Positions 1-10,622 of a stretch of DNA of 64,000 bases are shown one piece after another. This DNA is from an uncultured Clostridia bacterium (lineage in GTDB: Bacteria > Bacillota > Clostridia > TANB77 > CAG-508). The notes under the pieces were generated by a model. It had not been told where the DNA came from. It saw only the letters and a list, made by a program, of their open reading frames with translations, and made no database searches. A program made the translations under genes and the position numbers. The stretch covers positions 3,176-67,175 of the forward strand of contig CALXFG010000004.1 of assembly GCA_944387505.1 (NCBI GenBank), written 5' to 3'. Each line of letters begins with the position of its first letter. Position 1 is the first letter of the stretch.

Positions 1-1
1 T

Positions 2-1120
2 AGAGGATTAAAAGCAGGAACGGCAGAAGTGATTGTTAGAACACGTTCAGGACCAACTGTAGAAAAGAGAATAAAGGTAATTGTAAGAAATCCAAATAAA
101 CATTATGTACAAAATATATGGATTGAAAAATCTCAATATATAGTAAAGGAAAATGAAGCAGTAGATGTAAAATTTTCATATACACCAACAGATAGTGTAA
201 ATGCACAATTTGAATGGTATTCAACAAATCCAGAAGTATTAAGAGTATATAATAATCGTTTTAGAGGATTAAAAGAGGGAACAGCACAAATTGTTGCAAA
301 GACATTAGATGGAACTGTAGTAACAAGTAGTAATGTGAAAGTAGAAAAAGCATATGTAGAAAATATTGGATTTGAACAAACATCATATACAGTAGGTATT
401 AATGAAGCAGTAGATATTCCTTTTACATATTCTCCAAATAATGCTTGCAATTATGAATTTGATTGGATATCAAGTAATCCAGAAATTATAAGAGTATATA
501 ATAATCGATTCAGAGGATTAAAAGCAGGAACAGCACAAGTCATTGTTAGAACACGTTTTGGACCAAAGGTAGAAAAGAGAATAAAAGTAACAGTAAAAGA
601 TTATAGTAATATTAAAGTGCAAGATATTAAGTTAGATAAAACATCTTATATTGTTAATATAAATGATGCAGTAGATATTCCATTTAGTTGGACACCAGAA
701 AATGCATCTAATGCAGAATTTGATTGGATTTCATCAAATCCAGAAATACTAAGAGTATATAATAATCGATTTAGAGGCTTAAAAGAAGGAACAGCAGAAG
801 TCATTGTGAGAACACGTTCAGGACCAACGGTAGAAAAAAGGATTAAAGTTGCTATAAGAGATCCTAAGAAAAAATATGTAACAGATATACAATTACCACA
901 AATGGAATATACCGTGAATGAAACACAAGCAGTAGATATACCATTTACATATAACCCAACAAATGCAGTAAATGCACAATTTGAATGGTATTCAACCAAT
1001 CCAGAAATTGTAAGGGTATATAATAACCGATTTAGAGGATTAAAAGCAGGAACAGCAGAAGTGGTTGTAAAAACCCTAGATGGAACATATGAAGAAAGAA
1101 TTAGAGTGACTGTGAAATAG
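2..1120 (+). CDS. Surface protein of tandem Ig-like (Big_2-type) repeats, 5' truncated by the window edge
   Basis: Frame is open from position 2 (RGLKAGTAEV...). Four complete ~85-aa repeats with W.S.NPE..RVYNNRFRGLK.GTA. Confidence 0.85.
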   Translation, partial: RGLKAGTAEVIVRTRSGPTVEKRIKVIVRNPNKHYVQNIWIEKSQYIVKENEAVDVKFSYTPTDSVNAQFEWYSTNPEVLRVYNNRFRGLKEGTAQIVAKTLDGTVVTSSNVKVEKAYVENIGFEQTSYTVGINEAVDIPFTYSPNNACNYEFDWISSNPEIIRVYNNRFRGLKAGTAQVIVRTRFGPKVEKRIKVTVKDYSNIKVQDIKLDKTSYIVNINDAVDIPFSWTPENASNAEFDWISSNPEILRVYNNRFRGLKEGTAEVIVRTRSGPTVEKRIKVAIRDPKKKYVTDIQLPQMEYTVNETQAVDIPFTYNPTNAVNAQFEWYSTNPEIVRVYNNRFRGLKAGTAEVVVKTLDGTYEERIRVTVK

Positions 1121-1134
1121 AGGGGGAAAATATA

Positions 1135-3663
1135 GTGAAAAGAGTTTTTCAAATCATTATGATTATGATTGTAGCTTTTGTATTTATTGGAATTTTACAA
1201 ACAACAGTCAATGCAGCAGATGAAGAAGGAAATTTAGTTATTGTACTGGATCCGGGCCATGGTGGTTCAGATCCAGGTGCTTCTAATAGCAGATTTGGAT
1301 TAAAAGAGTCAGATATTAATTATAAAATAGCGACTTATGCAAAACAAGAATTAGAAAGATATGAAGGTGTAAAAGTTTATCTAACAAGATATGCAGATTG
1401 TCCTAGTATATATGATAGAGGCGAATTTGCCAAAAGATATAATGCAGATTTAGTTGTTAGTATTCATATTAATTCAAGTGGATCACAATCAGCTAGAGGT
1501 GCAGAAGTTTGGGTAACACAAGATAATTCTCAAGTAGAATATTACGAAAGAAGTAAAATCGTAGGAGAAAAAATACTATATAGACTTGCAAGATTAGGAT
1601 TACAAGACCATGGTGTTTCTACACGTTCAGGACAACCAAATGAATGGTATCCAAGTGGAATTGTAAAAGATTATTATGGTATTATTCGATATCCAATGAA
1701 TTATGGGATTCGTTCTTTGTTAGTGGAACATTGCTATATTAGTAGTGATGCAGACTGTCAACAGTTTCTTAATTCTGATGCAAAACTAAAGAACTTGGGT
1801 GTGGCAGATGCACAAGGAATTGTTGAAGCATATAATCTACAATTAAAAGGACAGGGAAGAGAACCTGTAAGGCAGATGAGACTAAATACAACAGAGCTAC
1901 AACTAGAAATCAGTAATACAAATCCAGAACCAACAGCACAATTAAATACACTTATTACGCCAACAAATGCCTATATGCAAGGAGCAGATTGGTATTCTTC
2001 TAATCCAGATGTTGTACGTGTATGGAATGGGCATTTAAGAGGATTAAAAGAAGGAGAGGCCACTATTACAGCAATTAGTTGGAATAATCAGAGAATTGCA
2101 AAATGTAAAGTCAAAGTAACGAGAGCAACAGTTCCTGTAACCAATATTACAGTTGATAAATCATCACAAACGGTTAATATAAATGAAACAGGAGATATCA
2201 TTGTTAGCTTTAATCCAAGTAATGCAACAAATAAAACACTAGTATGGGAATCTTCAGATCCAGAAGTGGTACGTATATGGAATGGACATTTTAGAGGACT
2301 AAAAGAAGGAAAATCAACTATTACAGCAACATCTATTGCGGGTGGAAAACAAGCAAGTTGTGTAGTATATGTTAAAGACCCTTCAAAAATTTATTTAACA
2401 GATATTCAGTTAGAAAAAACGGATTATCAAATCAATATCAATCAAGCAGTAGATATTCCATTTAAAATCACACCAGAAAATGCAACAAACACAGCTTTGG
2501 ATTGGATTTCATCAAATCCTGATGTTTTAAAAGTATACAACAATCGATTTAGAGGATTAAAAGCAGGAACAGCAGAAGTGATTATCAGAACACGTACAGG
2601 TCCAGTTGTTGAAAAAAGAATAAAAGTAACTATTAAAGATCCAGGAAAAGTACAAGATATTGTATTAGATAAGACGGAATATACAGTTAATGAAAATCAA
2701 GCAGTGGATATTCCATTTAAAGTTACACCAGAGTTTGCAACAAATGCAGAATTGGATTGGATTTCATCAAATCCTAATATTTTAAGAGTATATAACAATC
2801 GATTCAGAGGATTAAAAGAAGGAACAGCAGAAGTAATCATTAGAACACGTACAGGTCCAATGGTTGAAAAAAGAATTCAAGTAAAAGTTGTAAAACCAGG
2901 AAAGATATATGTAGAAAGTGTAACGACAGATCAAACAGAATATACAGCTTATATTGGTCAAGCTATTGATCTTTCATATAATTATGCACCATCAAATAGT
3001 ACTAATGCAAAATTTGAATGGTATGCAGAAAATCCTAATATTATTCGTGTATATAATAATCGTTTTAGAGGACTTGCAAAAGGAACAACCAATATTGTTG
3101 TAAAAACACTAGATGGATTATTTGTAAAGAAAATAAAGGTTACCATAAAAGACCCAGGAAAAGTAAAAGATATTGTATTAAATACCACACAATACACAGT
3201 TTATGAGAATGAAGCCATAGATATTCCGTTTAGCTATACACCACAATATGCAACAAATGCCCAATTTGATTGGATATCAAGTAATCCAGAAATATTAAGA
3301 GTATATAACAATCGATTTAGAGGTTTAAAAGAAGGGGTAGCAGATGTGATTGTAAGAACAAGAGATGGAAGTTTAGAAAAAAGAATTACGGTAAAAGTCC
3401 AAAAAAAGGGTAAAGTCTATGTGAAGGATATTACAACAGATAAAGAAGAATATGTAGCAAAGGTAAATGAAGCAGTCGATTTAACATATACATGTACACC
3501 ACAAAATAGTCAAAATACACAATTAGAATGGTATGCAGAAAATCCTCAAATCATAAGAGTATACAATAATCGATTTAGAGGATTGAAAAAAGGAACAACG
3601 AATATTGTTGTAAGAACATTAGATGGAATGTTTGAGAAAAAAATAAAAGTAACGATCCAATAG
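1135..3663 (+). CDS. N-acetylmuramoyl-L-alanine amidase (Amidase_3) with seven C-terminal Ig-like repeats
   Basis: Signal peptide; IVLDPGHGG, KES, SIHINS and LVEHCY zinc/catalytic motifs; GTG start after AGGGGG. Confidence 0.92.
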   Translation: MKRVFQIIMIMIVAFVFIGILQTTVNAADEEGNLVIVLDPGHGGSDPGASNSRFGLKESDINYKIATYAKQELERYEGVKVYLTRYADCPSIYDRGEFAKRYNADLVVSIHINSSGSQSARGAEVWVTQDNSQVEYYERSKIVGEKILYRLARLGLQDHGVSTRSGQPNEWYPSGIVKDYYGIIRYPMNYGIRSLLVEHCYISSDADCQQFLNSDAKLKNLGVADAQGIVEAYNLQLKGQGREPVRQMRLNTTELQLEISNTNPEPTAQLNTLITPTNAYMQGADWYSSNPDVVRVWNGHLRGLKEGEATITAISWNNQRIAKCKVKVTRATVPVTNITVDKSSQTVNINETGDIIVSFNPSNATNKTLVWESSDPEVVRIWNGHFRGLKEGKSTITATSIAGGKQASCVVYVKDPSKIYLTDIQLEKTDYQININQAVDIPFKITPENATNTALDWISSNPDVLKVYNNRFRGLKAGTAEVIIRTRTGPVVEKRIKVTIKDPGKVQDIVLDKTEYTVNENQAVDIPFKVTPEFATNAELDWISSNPNILRVYNNRFRGLKEGTAEVIIRTRTGPMVEKRIQVKVVKPGKIYVESVTTDQTEYTAYIGQAIDLSYNYAPSNSTNAKFEWYAENPNIIRVYNNRFRGLAKGTTNIVVKTLDGLFVKKIKVTIKDPGKVKDIVLNTTQYTVYENEAIDIPFSYTPQYATNAQFDWISSNPEILRVYNNRFRGLKEGVADVIVRTRDGSLEKRITVKVQKKGKVYVKDITTDKEEYVAKVNEAVDLTYTCTPQNSQNTQLEWYAENPQIIRVYNNRFRGLKKGTTNIVVRTLDGMFEKKIKVTIQ

Positions 3664-3678
3664 AAAAGGGGACTTGTT

Positions 3679-4743
3679 ATGGGAAATAAGACCAAAATAT
3701 TACTATTTGCTTATACAAAAGTGAATTTAGGAGACAATTTATTTATCTATTTACTATTAAAGAGATATCCAAATATTGATTTTTATATACATGTTGTAGA
3801 AAAGGAATATGAAAAAGTATATCAAAATTTTGAGAATTTACATTATCTTTATGAAAATAGAGATTTTGATAAAATACATATAGAAGATTTTGACGCCTAC
3901 CTTTATGTAGGCGGCTCTATCTTTATGGAGTCAGAATATGCAAGACATGAACTAAAAGAAGTAAATAAATTTGTAAAAAGATGTAATGAAAAAAATAAAA
4001 AGTTCTTTTACATGTCTTGCAATTTTGGACCATATCAAACAGAAGAATATCTGAATTTAGCAAAGGAAACATATTCACTATGTGGAGGAATTTGTTTTCG
4101 TGATAAAAAATCATATAATTTATTTAAAGAAATTCCACAAGTAAGACAAGCACCAGATATGGCTTTTACATTACCAGTAAAAAATGTTGAAAAAGAAAAA
4201 AATACAATAGGAATATCTGTTATTAGTTTAGCCATTAGACAGGACTTAAAAGAAAAAGAAGGACCTTATAATGACTTTATTAAGAGAATTATTATCAAAT
4301 TTGCAAAAAGAAATTATAAAGTAACATTATTTGGATTTTCAGAATTTGAAAAGGATAGTGAAGCAATTCAAAATATCCTATCCACTGTACCTGAAGAATA
4401 CAAAGACAGTGTTCAAGTAGAAATTTTTAGAGAAAATATAGAAGAATATCTAGAAAAATATGCCAAAATGGAATATATGGTATGTGGAAGATTTCATTCT
4501 ATGATATTATCTATGCTATATAAACAAAAAATTTACAATTTAACATATAGTAAAAAACAAGAAACAGTTATTGAAGAATCAAAATTTTTTAATAGATATC
4601 AACCTATTAGAGATATGAATTATGAAACAATATTGCGAAAATATTATTTTAAAAGAGCAAGTAATGATAAACTAAAAAAAGTAATCAAAGAAGCAGAAAA
4701 CCAATTTAATGATTTAGAAAATTGGTTACATAACAAAGAATAG
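3679..4743 (+). CDS. Polysaccharide pyruvyl transferase family protein
   Basis: NLGD, YVGGSIF, FGP, FRDKKS, APDMAF and GRFHSMI motifs typical of PS_pyruv_trans (CsaB/WcaK-like). Confidence 0.88.
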   Translation: MGNKTKILLFAYTKVNLGDNLFIYLLLKRYPNIDFYIHVVEKEYEKVYQNFENLHYLYENRDFDKIHIEDFDAYLYVGGSIFMESEYARHELKEVNKFVKRCNEKNKKFFYMSCNFGPYQTEEYLNLAKETYSLCGGICFRDKKSYNLFKEIPQVRQAPDMAFTLPVKNVEKEKNTIGISVISLAIRQDLKEKEGPYNDFIKRIIIKFAKRNYKVTLFGFSEFEKDSEAIQNILSTVPEEYKDSVQVEIFRENIEEYLEKYAKMEYMVCGRFHSMILSMLYKQKIYNLTYSKKQETVIEESKFFNRYQPIRDMNYETILRKYYFKRASNDKLKKVIKEAENQFNDLENWLHNKE

Positions 4744-4754
4744 GAGAAACAAAA

Positions 4755-6170
4755 ATGCTATTTTCAACAACAACATTTATTATCATCTTTTTACCAATAG
4801 TGATAGCAATATATTATGGTTTATTAAGAAAAACAAAGACATTAAAAAATGTATTTTTGTTTTTAGTCAGTATATTATTTTATGCTTGGGGAGAACCCTA
4901 TTTTGTATTAATTATGTTATTATCAATCATAGCCAATTGGTTTTTTGGAGGGTTAGTAGATAAGTATAGAGAAAATAAGATAAAAGTAAAAATCGTGATT
5001 GTTCTTATGTTTATTTTCAATTTATCCATATTAGGTGTTTTCAAATATTTGAATTTTATTATTAGCAATACAAATGCTTTCTTTCATACAAATTTTGTTA
5101 TACCTAATATTGTATTACCAATTGGAATTTCATTTTTTACATTTCAAGCAATATCTTATGTATTAGATATTTATAAAAAGGATGCAGAGGCACAGAAAAA
5201 TCCATTAAATATGGGATTATATATTGCCTTTTTTCCGCAATTAATAGCAGGACCAATTGTACGATATAAAACAATAGCAGAACAGATAGAGGAACGAAAA
5301 GAAACATTTGAAAAATTTTCACAAGGTGTACAACGATTTATCAAAGGATTAGCCAAAAAAGTATTATTATCTAATTCTTTAGCAATCGTAGCAGATTACA
5401 CATTTGGAATGATACCATCTGAACTATCTGTTCTTTTAGCATGGCTAGGAATCATTAGTTATACATTACAAATTTATTTTGACTTTAGTGGATATTCCGA
5501 TATGGCGATAGGACTTGCCAAAATGTTTGGATTTGAATTAGAAGAAAACTTTAATTTTCCTTATATTTCAAAAACAATCACAGAGTTCTGGAGAAGATGG
5601 CATATATCTTTAGGTACATGGTTTAGGGATTATGTATATATCCCACTAGGCGGAAGTAGAGTTGGTAAAAAAAGACTAATATTAAACTTGTTTATTGTTT
5701 GGACTTTAACAGGATTATGGCATGGTGCCAATTGGACATTTATTGCATGGGGAATTTTCTATTTTGTATTGTTAACAATTGAAAAACTAACTAAGATAGA
5801 TAAAAAGCAAATGAAAAATAAGGTACTTATCATATGTCAACACATTTACACAATGTTCTTTGTTATGATAGGATGGGTATTATTTAGAAGTGATAATTTA
5901 GGTTATGCGATACAATATATAAAAAGCTTATTCGGATTGATAGGAAATACCTTTATCAATTCAGAGGCAATTCTATACTTGAAAGAATATGGAATCTATA
6001 TGTTATTGGGAATTTTATTTAGTATTCCTTTTGGAAAGGCATTACAAAAATATAAAGATAAAAAGGGATTCAAAGTCATTTATGGAGTGGCTACAATTTT
6101 AATTTTTTATGTATGTCTAAGCTATATTATTAAAGGAACATATAATCCATTTATATATTTTAATTTTTAA
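4755..6170 (+). CDS. MBOAT O-acyltransferase (AlgI/PatA/DltB family)
   Basis: LPIGISFFTFQ, FFPQLIAGPI, YFDFSGYSDMAIG, FWRRWHISL, GLWHGA and C-terminal NPFIYFNF. Confidence 0.95.
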   Translation: MLFSTTTFIIIFLPIVIAIYYGLLRKTKTLKNVFLFLVSILFYAWGEPYFVLIMLLSIIANWFFGGLVDKYRENKIKVKIVIVLMFIFNLSILGVFKYLNFIISNTNAFFHTNFVIPNIVLPIGISFFTFQAISYVLDIYKKDAEAQKNPLNMGLYIAFFPQLIAGPIVRYKTIAEQIEERKETFEKFSQGVQRFIKGLAKKVLLSNSLAIVADYTFGMIPSELSVLLAWLGIISYTLQIYFDFSGYSDMAIGLAKMFGFELEENFNFPYISKTITEFWRRWHISLGTWFRDYVYIPLGGSRVGKKRLILNLFIVWTLTGLWHGANWTFIAWGIFYFVLLTIEKLTKIDKKQMKNKVLIICQHIYTMFFVMIGWVLFRSDNLGYAIQYIKSLFGLIGNTFINSEAILYLKEYGIYMLLGILFSIPFGKALQKYKDKKGFKVIYGVATILIFYVCLSYIIKGTYNPFIYFNF

Positions 6171-6200
6171 GACATTAGGATAGGAAAGGAATGCAAAAAA

Positions 6201-7415
6201 ATGAAAGATAATCAAGAATTAGTCACAATAAAAAAATATAAGATTACTGAAGAAAAGGTGGTAGCTATTATATTTTTAGCCATCATTTTTTCTACATTAA
6301 TTTTTACACTGTTTTCAAAGTATGAAGAATTAAAAGCACAAATAGTTGCTATTTTTGAAAATAGTGAAACAGACGGATATGAAAAGGTAGTTGAATTAAC
6401 TAAAAATACAGAAACCATGTTTAATGAAGAAATATATGGAAAAGATGAATTTGTGGATGTATATGGCCTTGTGCAAAGAATTCTTTTTAAAAATTATTTA
6501 GAGGATAGTAATGATCCAACAAGAGATGTTGTGAAACTTAACAATGGAATGTTAACATTTCTTCAAAAGAAAGAAGATATGGTAACAAGAGCAAATCATA
6601 TTGCTGAATTGCAAAAGAGTATCCATGAAGAAGGAATTCCTTTTATATATATTCAAGCACCATACAAAATAAGAGATAATGAGGAATTGCCAACAGGGGT
6701 TATCGATTACGCAAATGAAAATGCAGATGCTTTATTAAAATCATTAAATGAACAACAAGTTGAAACAGTAGATTTAAGAGAATATTTCAAAGAAATGCCA
6801 ATACAAGAAGAATATTTTGTAACAGATCATCATTGGAAAATAAAAACAGCATTTGAAGCAGTGAATCATATCAGTGAAATATTAAACAATGAATATAATT
6901 TTCACATGGATAGTTTTTATACAGATATAAATCATTATCATATTATCACACAAAAAAATGCTTATTTAGGTTCTATTGGAAAACGAAATGGAAGATTTTA
7001 TGGTGGAGTAGATGATTTTGAATATATATTACCTAACTTTGAAACACAATTATCAGTTAATAAGAGTGAGGATATAAAAAATGGCAGTTTTGAAGATACT
7101 ATCATTGTGAAAGATTTATTAGGTGATGATATTTTGTTAAACAAATACGCCTGTTACTTCGGAGGAGATTTCCCAGAAATTATCATTCAAAATGAAACAT
7201 CTGAGTCTGACAAAAAAGTATTAGTTATTCAAGATTCTTATGGATTACCATTTTCTTCTTTCTTATCTTTAAGGGTAAAAGAATTAAGAACAATTGATTT
7301 AAGACATTTTGAAGGAAGTGAAATAGAATACATAAAAGAATATAAACCAGATATTGTATTAATGATATATAATCCATCATCTTTTTATATTGAAAAAAAT
7401 TTTCAATTTGAATAA
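6201..7415 (+). CDS. DHHW/AlgJ-like extracellular O-acetyltransferase, partner of the MBOAT
   Basis: N-terminal TM, TDHHW motif, VLVIQDSYG motif, directly downstream of the MBOAT. Confidence 0.85.
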   Translation: MKDNQELVTIKKYKITEEKVVAIIFLAIIFSTLIFTLFSKYEELKAQIVAIFENSETDGYEKVVELTKNTETMFNEEIYGKDEFVDVYGLVQRILFKNYLEDSNDPTRDVVKLNNGMLTFLQKKEDMVTRANHIAELQKSIHEEGIPFIYIQAPYKIRDNEELPTGVIDYANENADALLKSLNEQQVETVDLREYFKEMPIQEEYFVTDHHWKIKTAFEAVNHISEILNNEYNFHMDSFYTDINHYHIITQKNAYLGSIGKRNGRFYGGVDDFEYILPNFETQLSVNKSEDIKNGSFEDTIIVKDLLGDDILLNKYACYFGGDFPEIIIQNETSESDKKVLVIQDSYGLPFSSFLSLRVKELRTIDLRHFEGSEIEYIKEYKPDIVLMIYNPSSFYIEKNFQFE

Positions 7416-7432
7416 AGTTAAATTATTTTTAC

Positions 7433-7460
7433 TTTACAATATGACAAATTATGATATAAT
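7433..7460 (+). promoter_or_regulatory. sigmaA-type promoter for the wzt-GT-wzm operon
   Basis: TTTACA-16 nt-TATAAT with extended TGn. Confidence 0.6.
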
Positions 7461-7528
7461 AAGCAAAGCTTAACAGATAAGAAAAAAGGTTTAAAAAATT
7501 TAAACTTTGGAGAGGAATGAGATAAAAT

Positions 7529-8275
7529 ATGCAAGAAAATCAAGAAGAATATAGTATTATTATAGATGATGTTTATAAAACATTTAATGTGTATTTAGAT
7601 AAGGCAAATACCATAAAAGAAAAATTATTATTTTTATTTTCAAGAAATAGAAAAGAAAAAAGGGAAGTTTTAAAAGGCATTAATGCAAAGATAAAAAAAG
7701 GTGAAGTGGTTGCATTAATTGGAACAAATGGAAGTGGTAAATCTACTTTATTAAAGTTGCTTACAAAAATTATCTATCCCAATAAAGGAAGAATTGAAAC
7801 ACATGGGAAATTGACTTCTTTACTAGAATTAGGTGCAGGGTTCCATCCTGACTTTTCTGGTAGAGAAAATATATATTTTAATGCTTCCATTTTTGGTTTG
7901 ACCAAGAAGGAAATTGATGATAGATTAGAAGATATTATAGAATTTTCAGAATTACAGAATTTTATAGATAATCCAGTAAGAACATATTCATCAGGAATGT
8001 ATATGAGGCTTGCATTTTCAGTTGCTATAAATGTAGATGCAGATATTTTGCTAATTGATGAGATATTATCTGTTGGAGATGAACATTTTCAAAATAAATG
8101 TTTTGATAAAATGTTAGAATTGAAAAATCAAGGAAAGACAATGGTGTTTGTAACCCACAGTATGGAATCTGTAAGAAAGTTATGTAATCGAACCATTTGG
8201 TTATGTGACGGAAAAATCAAAATGGATGGAGACACAGAAAAAGTAGTAGATGAATATATAAAAGCAATCAGTTAA
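7529..8275 (+). CDS. Polysaccharide/teichoic acid export ABC ATPase (Wzt/TagH family)
   Basis: GTNGSGKST, YSSGMYMRLAF, ILLIDE; no C-terminal carbohydrate-binding extension. Confidence 0.93.
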   Translation: MQENQEEYSIIIDDVYKTFNVYLDKANTIKEKLLFLFSRNRKEKREVLKGINAKIKKGEVVALIGTNGSGKSTLLKLLTKIIYPNKGRIETHGKLTSLLELGAGFHPDFSGRENIYFNASIFGLTKKEIDDRLEDIIEFSELQNFIDNPVRTYSSGMYMRLAFSVAINVDADILLIDEILSVGDEHFQNKCFDKMLELKNQGKTMVFVTHSMESVRKLCNRTIWLCDGKIKMDGDTEKVVDEYIKAIS

Positions 8276-8303
8276 AAATTTGTACCTAGAAAGGATTGAG
8301 AGT

Positions 8304-10619
8304 ATGAATATAGACAAAAACATATTTCCAGGAAAACAAAGAAAAGAAAAAGAGCAATATGAAGAAAAAGACCCCATTATTGCAATAATAACCCCATATT
8401 ATAATACCAACAAATATATAGATACAACTGTAAATAGTGTATTAAATCAAACATTTCCTTATTTTGAATGGATTATTGTTGATGATGGTTCTACCAATAA
8501 AGAAGATATAGAAAAATTAGAAGACATCAAAAAATTAGATAACAGAATAAAAGTATATCATAAAGAAAACGAAGGACCAGCAGCTGCAAGAGATTTTGGA
8601 GTAGAAAAAATAAGTAAATCTGTAAAATATCTTGTTTTTCTTGATTCAGATGATTTGATTGTTGATACCTATTTAGAATGTGCCTATTGGACATTAGAGA
8701 CAAACTCAAAAGCCAGTTGGGCATACGCAGATACCATCAATTTTGATGGACAATATTATACATGGACAAAATGGTATCAACCTAAAAAAATGATGCAAGA
8801 CAATATTTTAGTTATGACAGCTATGATAAGAAAAGAAGCATTTTTAAAAGTGAATGGATTTGAAATAAGAGATAAAAATGTCTATGAAGACTGGTGTTTA
8901 TGGCTAAAGATGATGAAAGAAGGTATGTTCCCAGTTAGAATGAATTTCTTTGGCTTTTGGTATCGTCAAAAGAAAAAAGAAGAAAGCCAGTTAAGACAAT
9001 CAAATGAAGACAACAGAGAAAAGGCCATGAATTATGTTAGAAATATAAACAAAGAAATAGAACAAAAAGAGAAAAAAGAAGCATTTATATTAAAAAAAGC
9101 AATTCAATATCCAAAAGAAGATTACGATTGGGAAGAAATCATCGAAACATTTGATAAAATAGAAATTCCTAAAAAAGCAAAAAACAAGAAGATAAATATA
9201 TTAATGATTATACCATGGATGACAATGGGAGGTGCAGACAAATTTAATCTTGATATTGTAAAACGTAGCGACAAAAATAAATTCAATTTTATCATTGTAT
9301 CAACAGAGCCAAATAGAAATGAATGGAGACAACAATTTGAAGAAAGTGCAGAAGTATATGATTTGACAACTTTTTTGGATAGAAAATATTGGATAAGCTT
9401 TATTAATTATCTAATCCAAAAGAATCATATAGATATTATATTTAATACAAATAGTACATTTGGATATAATATTTTACCATATTTAAAAGTAACATATCCA
9501 CAAATTCCAATCATGGATTATATACATATGGAAGAATGGTATAATCGTAATGGCGGATTTTCAAGAGATTCAAGTAGCGTATCTTCTGTAATTGATAAAA
9601 CCTATCTATGTAACAAAAATAGTGAAAAAATACTAGTAAACCATTTTCATAGAAAACCAGAAGATTTAGGAACAGTATATATTGGTGTAGATGAAAAAAT
9701 CTATAATCCAGAAAAATTTAATAAAGAAGAAATCTTAAAAGAAAAACATATTGAAACAAACGGAAAATACGTTATCAGTTATATTTGTCGAATAGCAGAA
9801 CAAAAAAGACCATATTTATTATTAGAAATTATAGATAAATTAAGTAAAACTAGAAATGATTTCATGGTTATCATTGCTGGAGATGGACCATTGCTAGACA
9901 AAATCAAAAAAGAAGCAAGAAAGAAAAAAATAGAAGATAAAATGATTTTCTTGGGAAGTGTAAAAGACACAGAAAAAATTTATGCAATCAGTGATTTAAC
10001 TATAAATTGTTCTATAAAAGAAGGACTAGCATTAACGGCATATGAATCATTAGCCATGGGAGTTCCAGTTGTTTCATGTGATGTGGGAGGACAAAAGGAA
10101 TTAATTAATTCAAAAGTAGGAGTCATTGTACCATGTTTACAAAAAGAAGAAGACATTTTTGATTTGAATTATAAAGAGGAAGAAATTACTCCATATGTTG
10201 AAGGAATTAATACAATTCTTAATAACTTAGAAGACTATAAAAAAGAGGCAAGAAAGAGGGTACTAGATGGATTTACCATTGATAACATGATAAAAAATAT
10301 GGAAGATATTTTTGAAAATATAAAAAACAATCCAAATCAAGAAAAAATAGAAAATGCTGAAAATTTATTACCATATAAAGATATAACAAAAGAATTAATC
10401 ACCAAATATTTTATTAGTGAGCAAGTAGAATATAAATGGTTAGCAGAGAATTTTAACAAACAATATGTCGATATAGATTGGAATTTAGAGAAAAAAGAAG
10501 ATAAAATGCTTTTTTATGAAAATACATTAGAATATAAAATTAAACATCCATTCTATGTTGTACTTACAAAATTACACATATATCCATTTTTGAAAAAGAT
10601 ACTAAAAAGAGGAGAATAA
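8304..10619 (+). CDS. Bifunctional glycosyltransferase (GT2 + GT4 fusion)
   Basis: N-terminal IITPYYN/IVDDGS/FLDSDD; C-terminal MGGADK and EGLALTAYESLAMGVPVV. ATG 8304 follows GAAAGGA. Confidence 0.9.
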   Translation: MNIDKNIFPGKQRKEKEQYEEKDPIIAIITPYYNTNKYIDTTVNSVLNQTFPYFEWIIVDDGSTNKEDIEKLEDIKKLDNRIKVYHKENEGPAAARDFGVEKISKSVKYLVFLDSDDLIVDTYLECAYWTLETNSKASWAYADTINFDGQYYTWTKWYQPKKMMQDNILVMTAMIRKEAFLKVNGFEIRDKNVYEDWCLWLKMMKEGMFPVRMNFFGFWYRQKKKEESQLRQSNEDNREKAMNYVRNINKEIEQKEKKEAFILKKAIQYPKEDYDWEEIIETFDKIEIPKKAKNKKINILMIIPWMTMGGADKFNLDIVKRSDKNKFNFIIVSTEPNRNEWRQQFEESAEVYDLTTFLDRKYWISFINYLIQKNHIDIIFNTNSTFGYNILPYLKVTYPQIPIMDYIHMEEWYNRNGGFSRDSSSVSSVIDKTYLCNKNSEKILVNHFHRKPEDLGTVYIGVDEKIYNPEKFNKEEILKEKHIETNGKYVISYICRIAEQKRPYLLLEIIDKLSKTRNDFMVIIAGDGPLLDKIKKEARKKKIEDKMIFLGSVKDTEKIYAISDLTINCSIKEGLALTAYESLAMGVPVVSCDVGGQKELINSKVGVIVPCLQKEEDIFDLNYKEEEITPYVEGINTILNNLEDYKKEARKRVLDGFTIDNMIKNMEDIFENIKNNPNQEKIENAENLLPYKDITKELITKYFISEQVEYKWLAENFNKQYVDIDWNLEKKEDKMLFYENTLEYKIKHPFYVVLTKLHIYPFLKKILKRGE

Positions 10620-10622
10620 TCA

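Noticed and set aside
2-3663. Repeated DNA blocks as DGR template/variable repeats
   Set aside because: Differences are largely synonymous rather than adenine-specific, all copies are in-frame domains, and there is no reverse transcriptase in the window.
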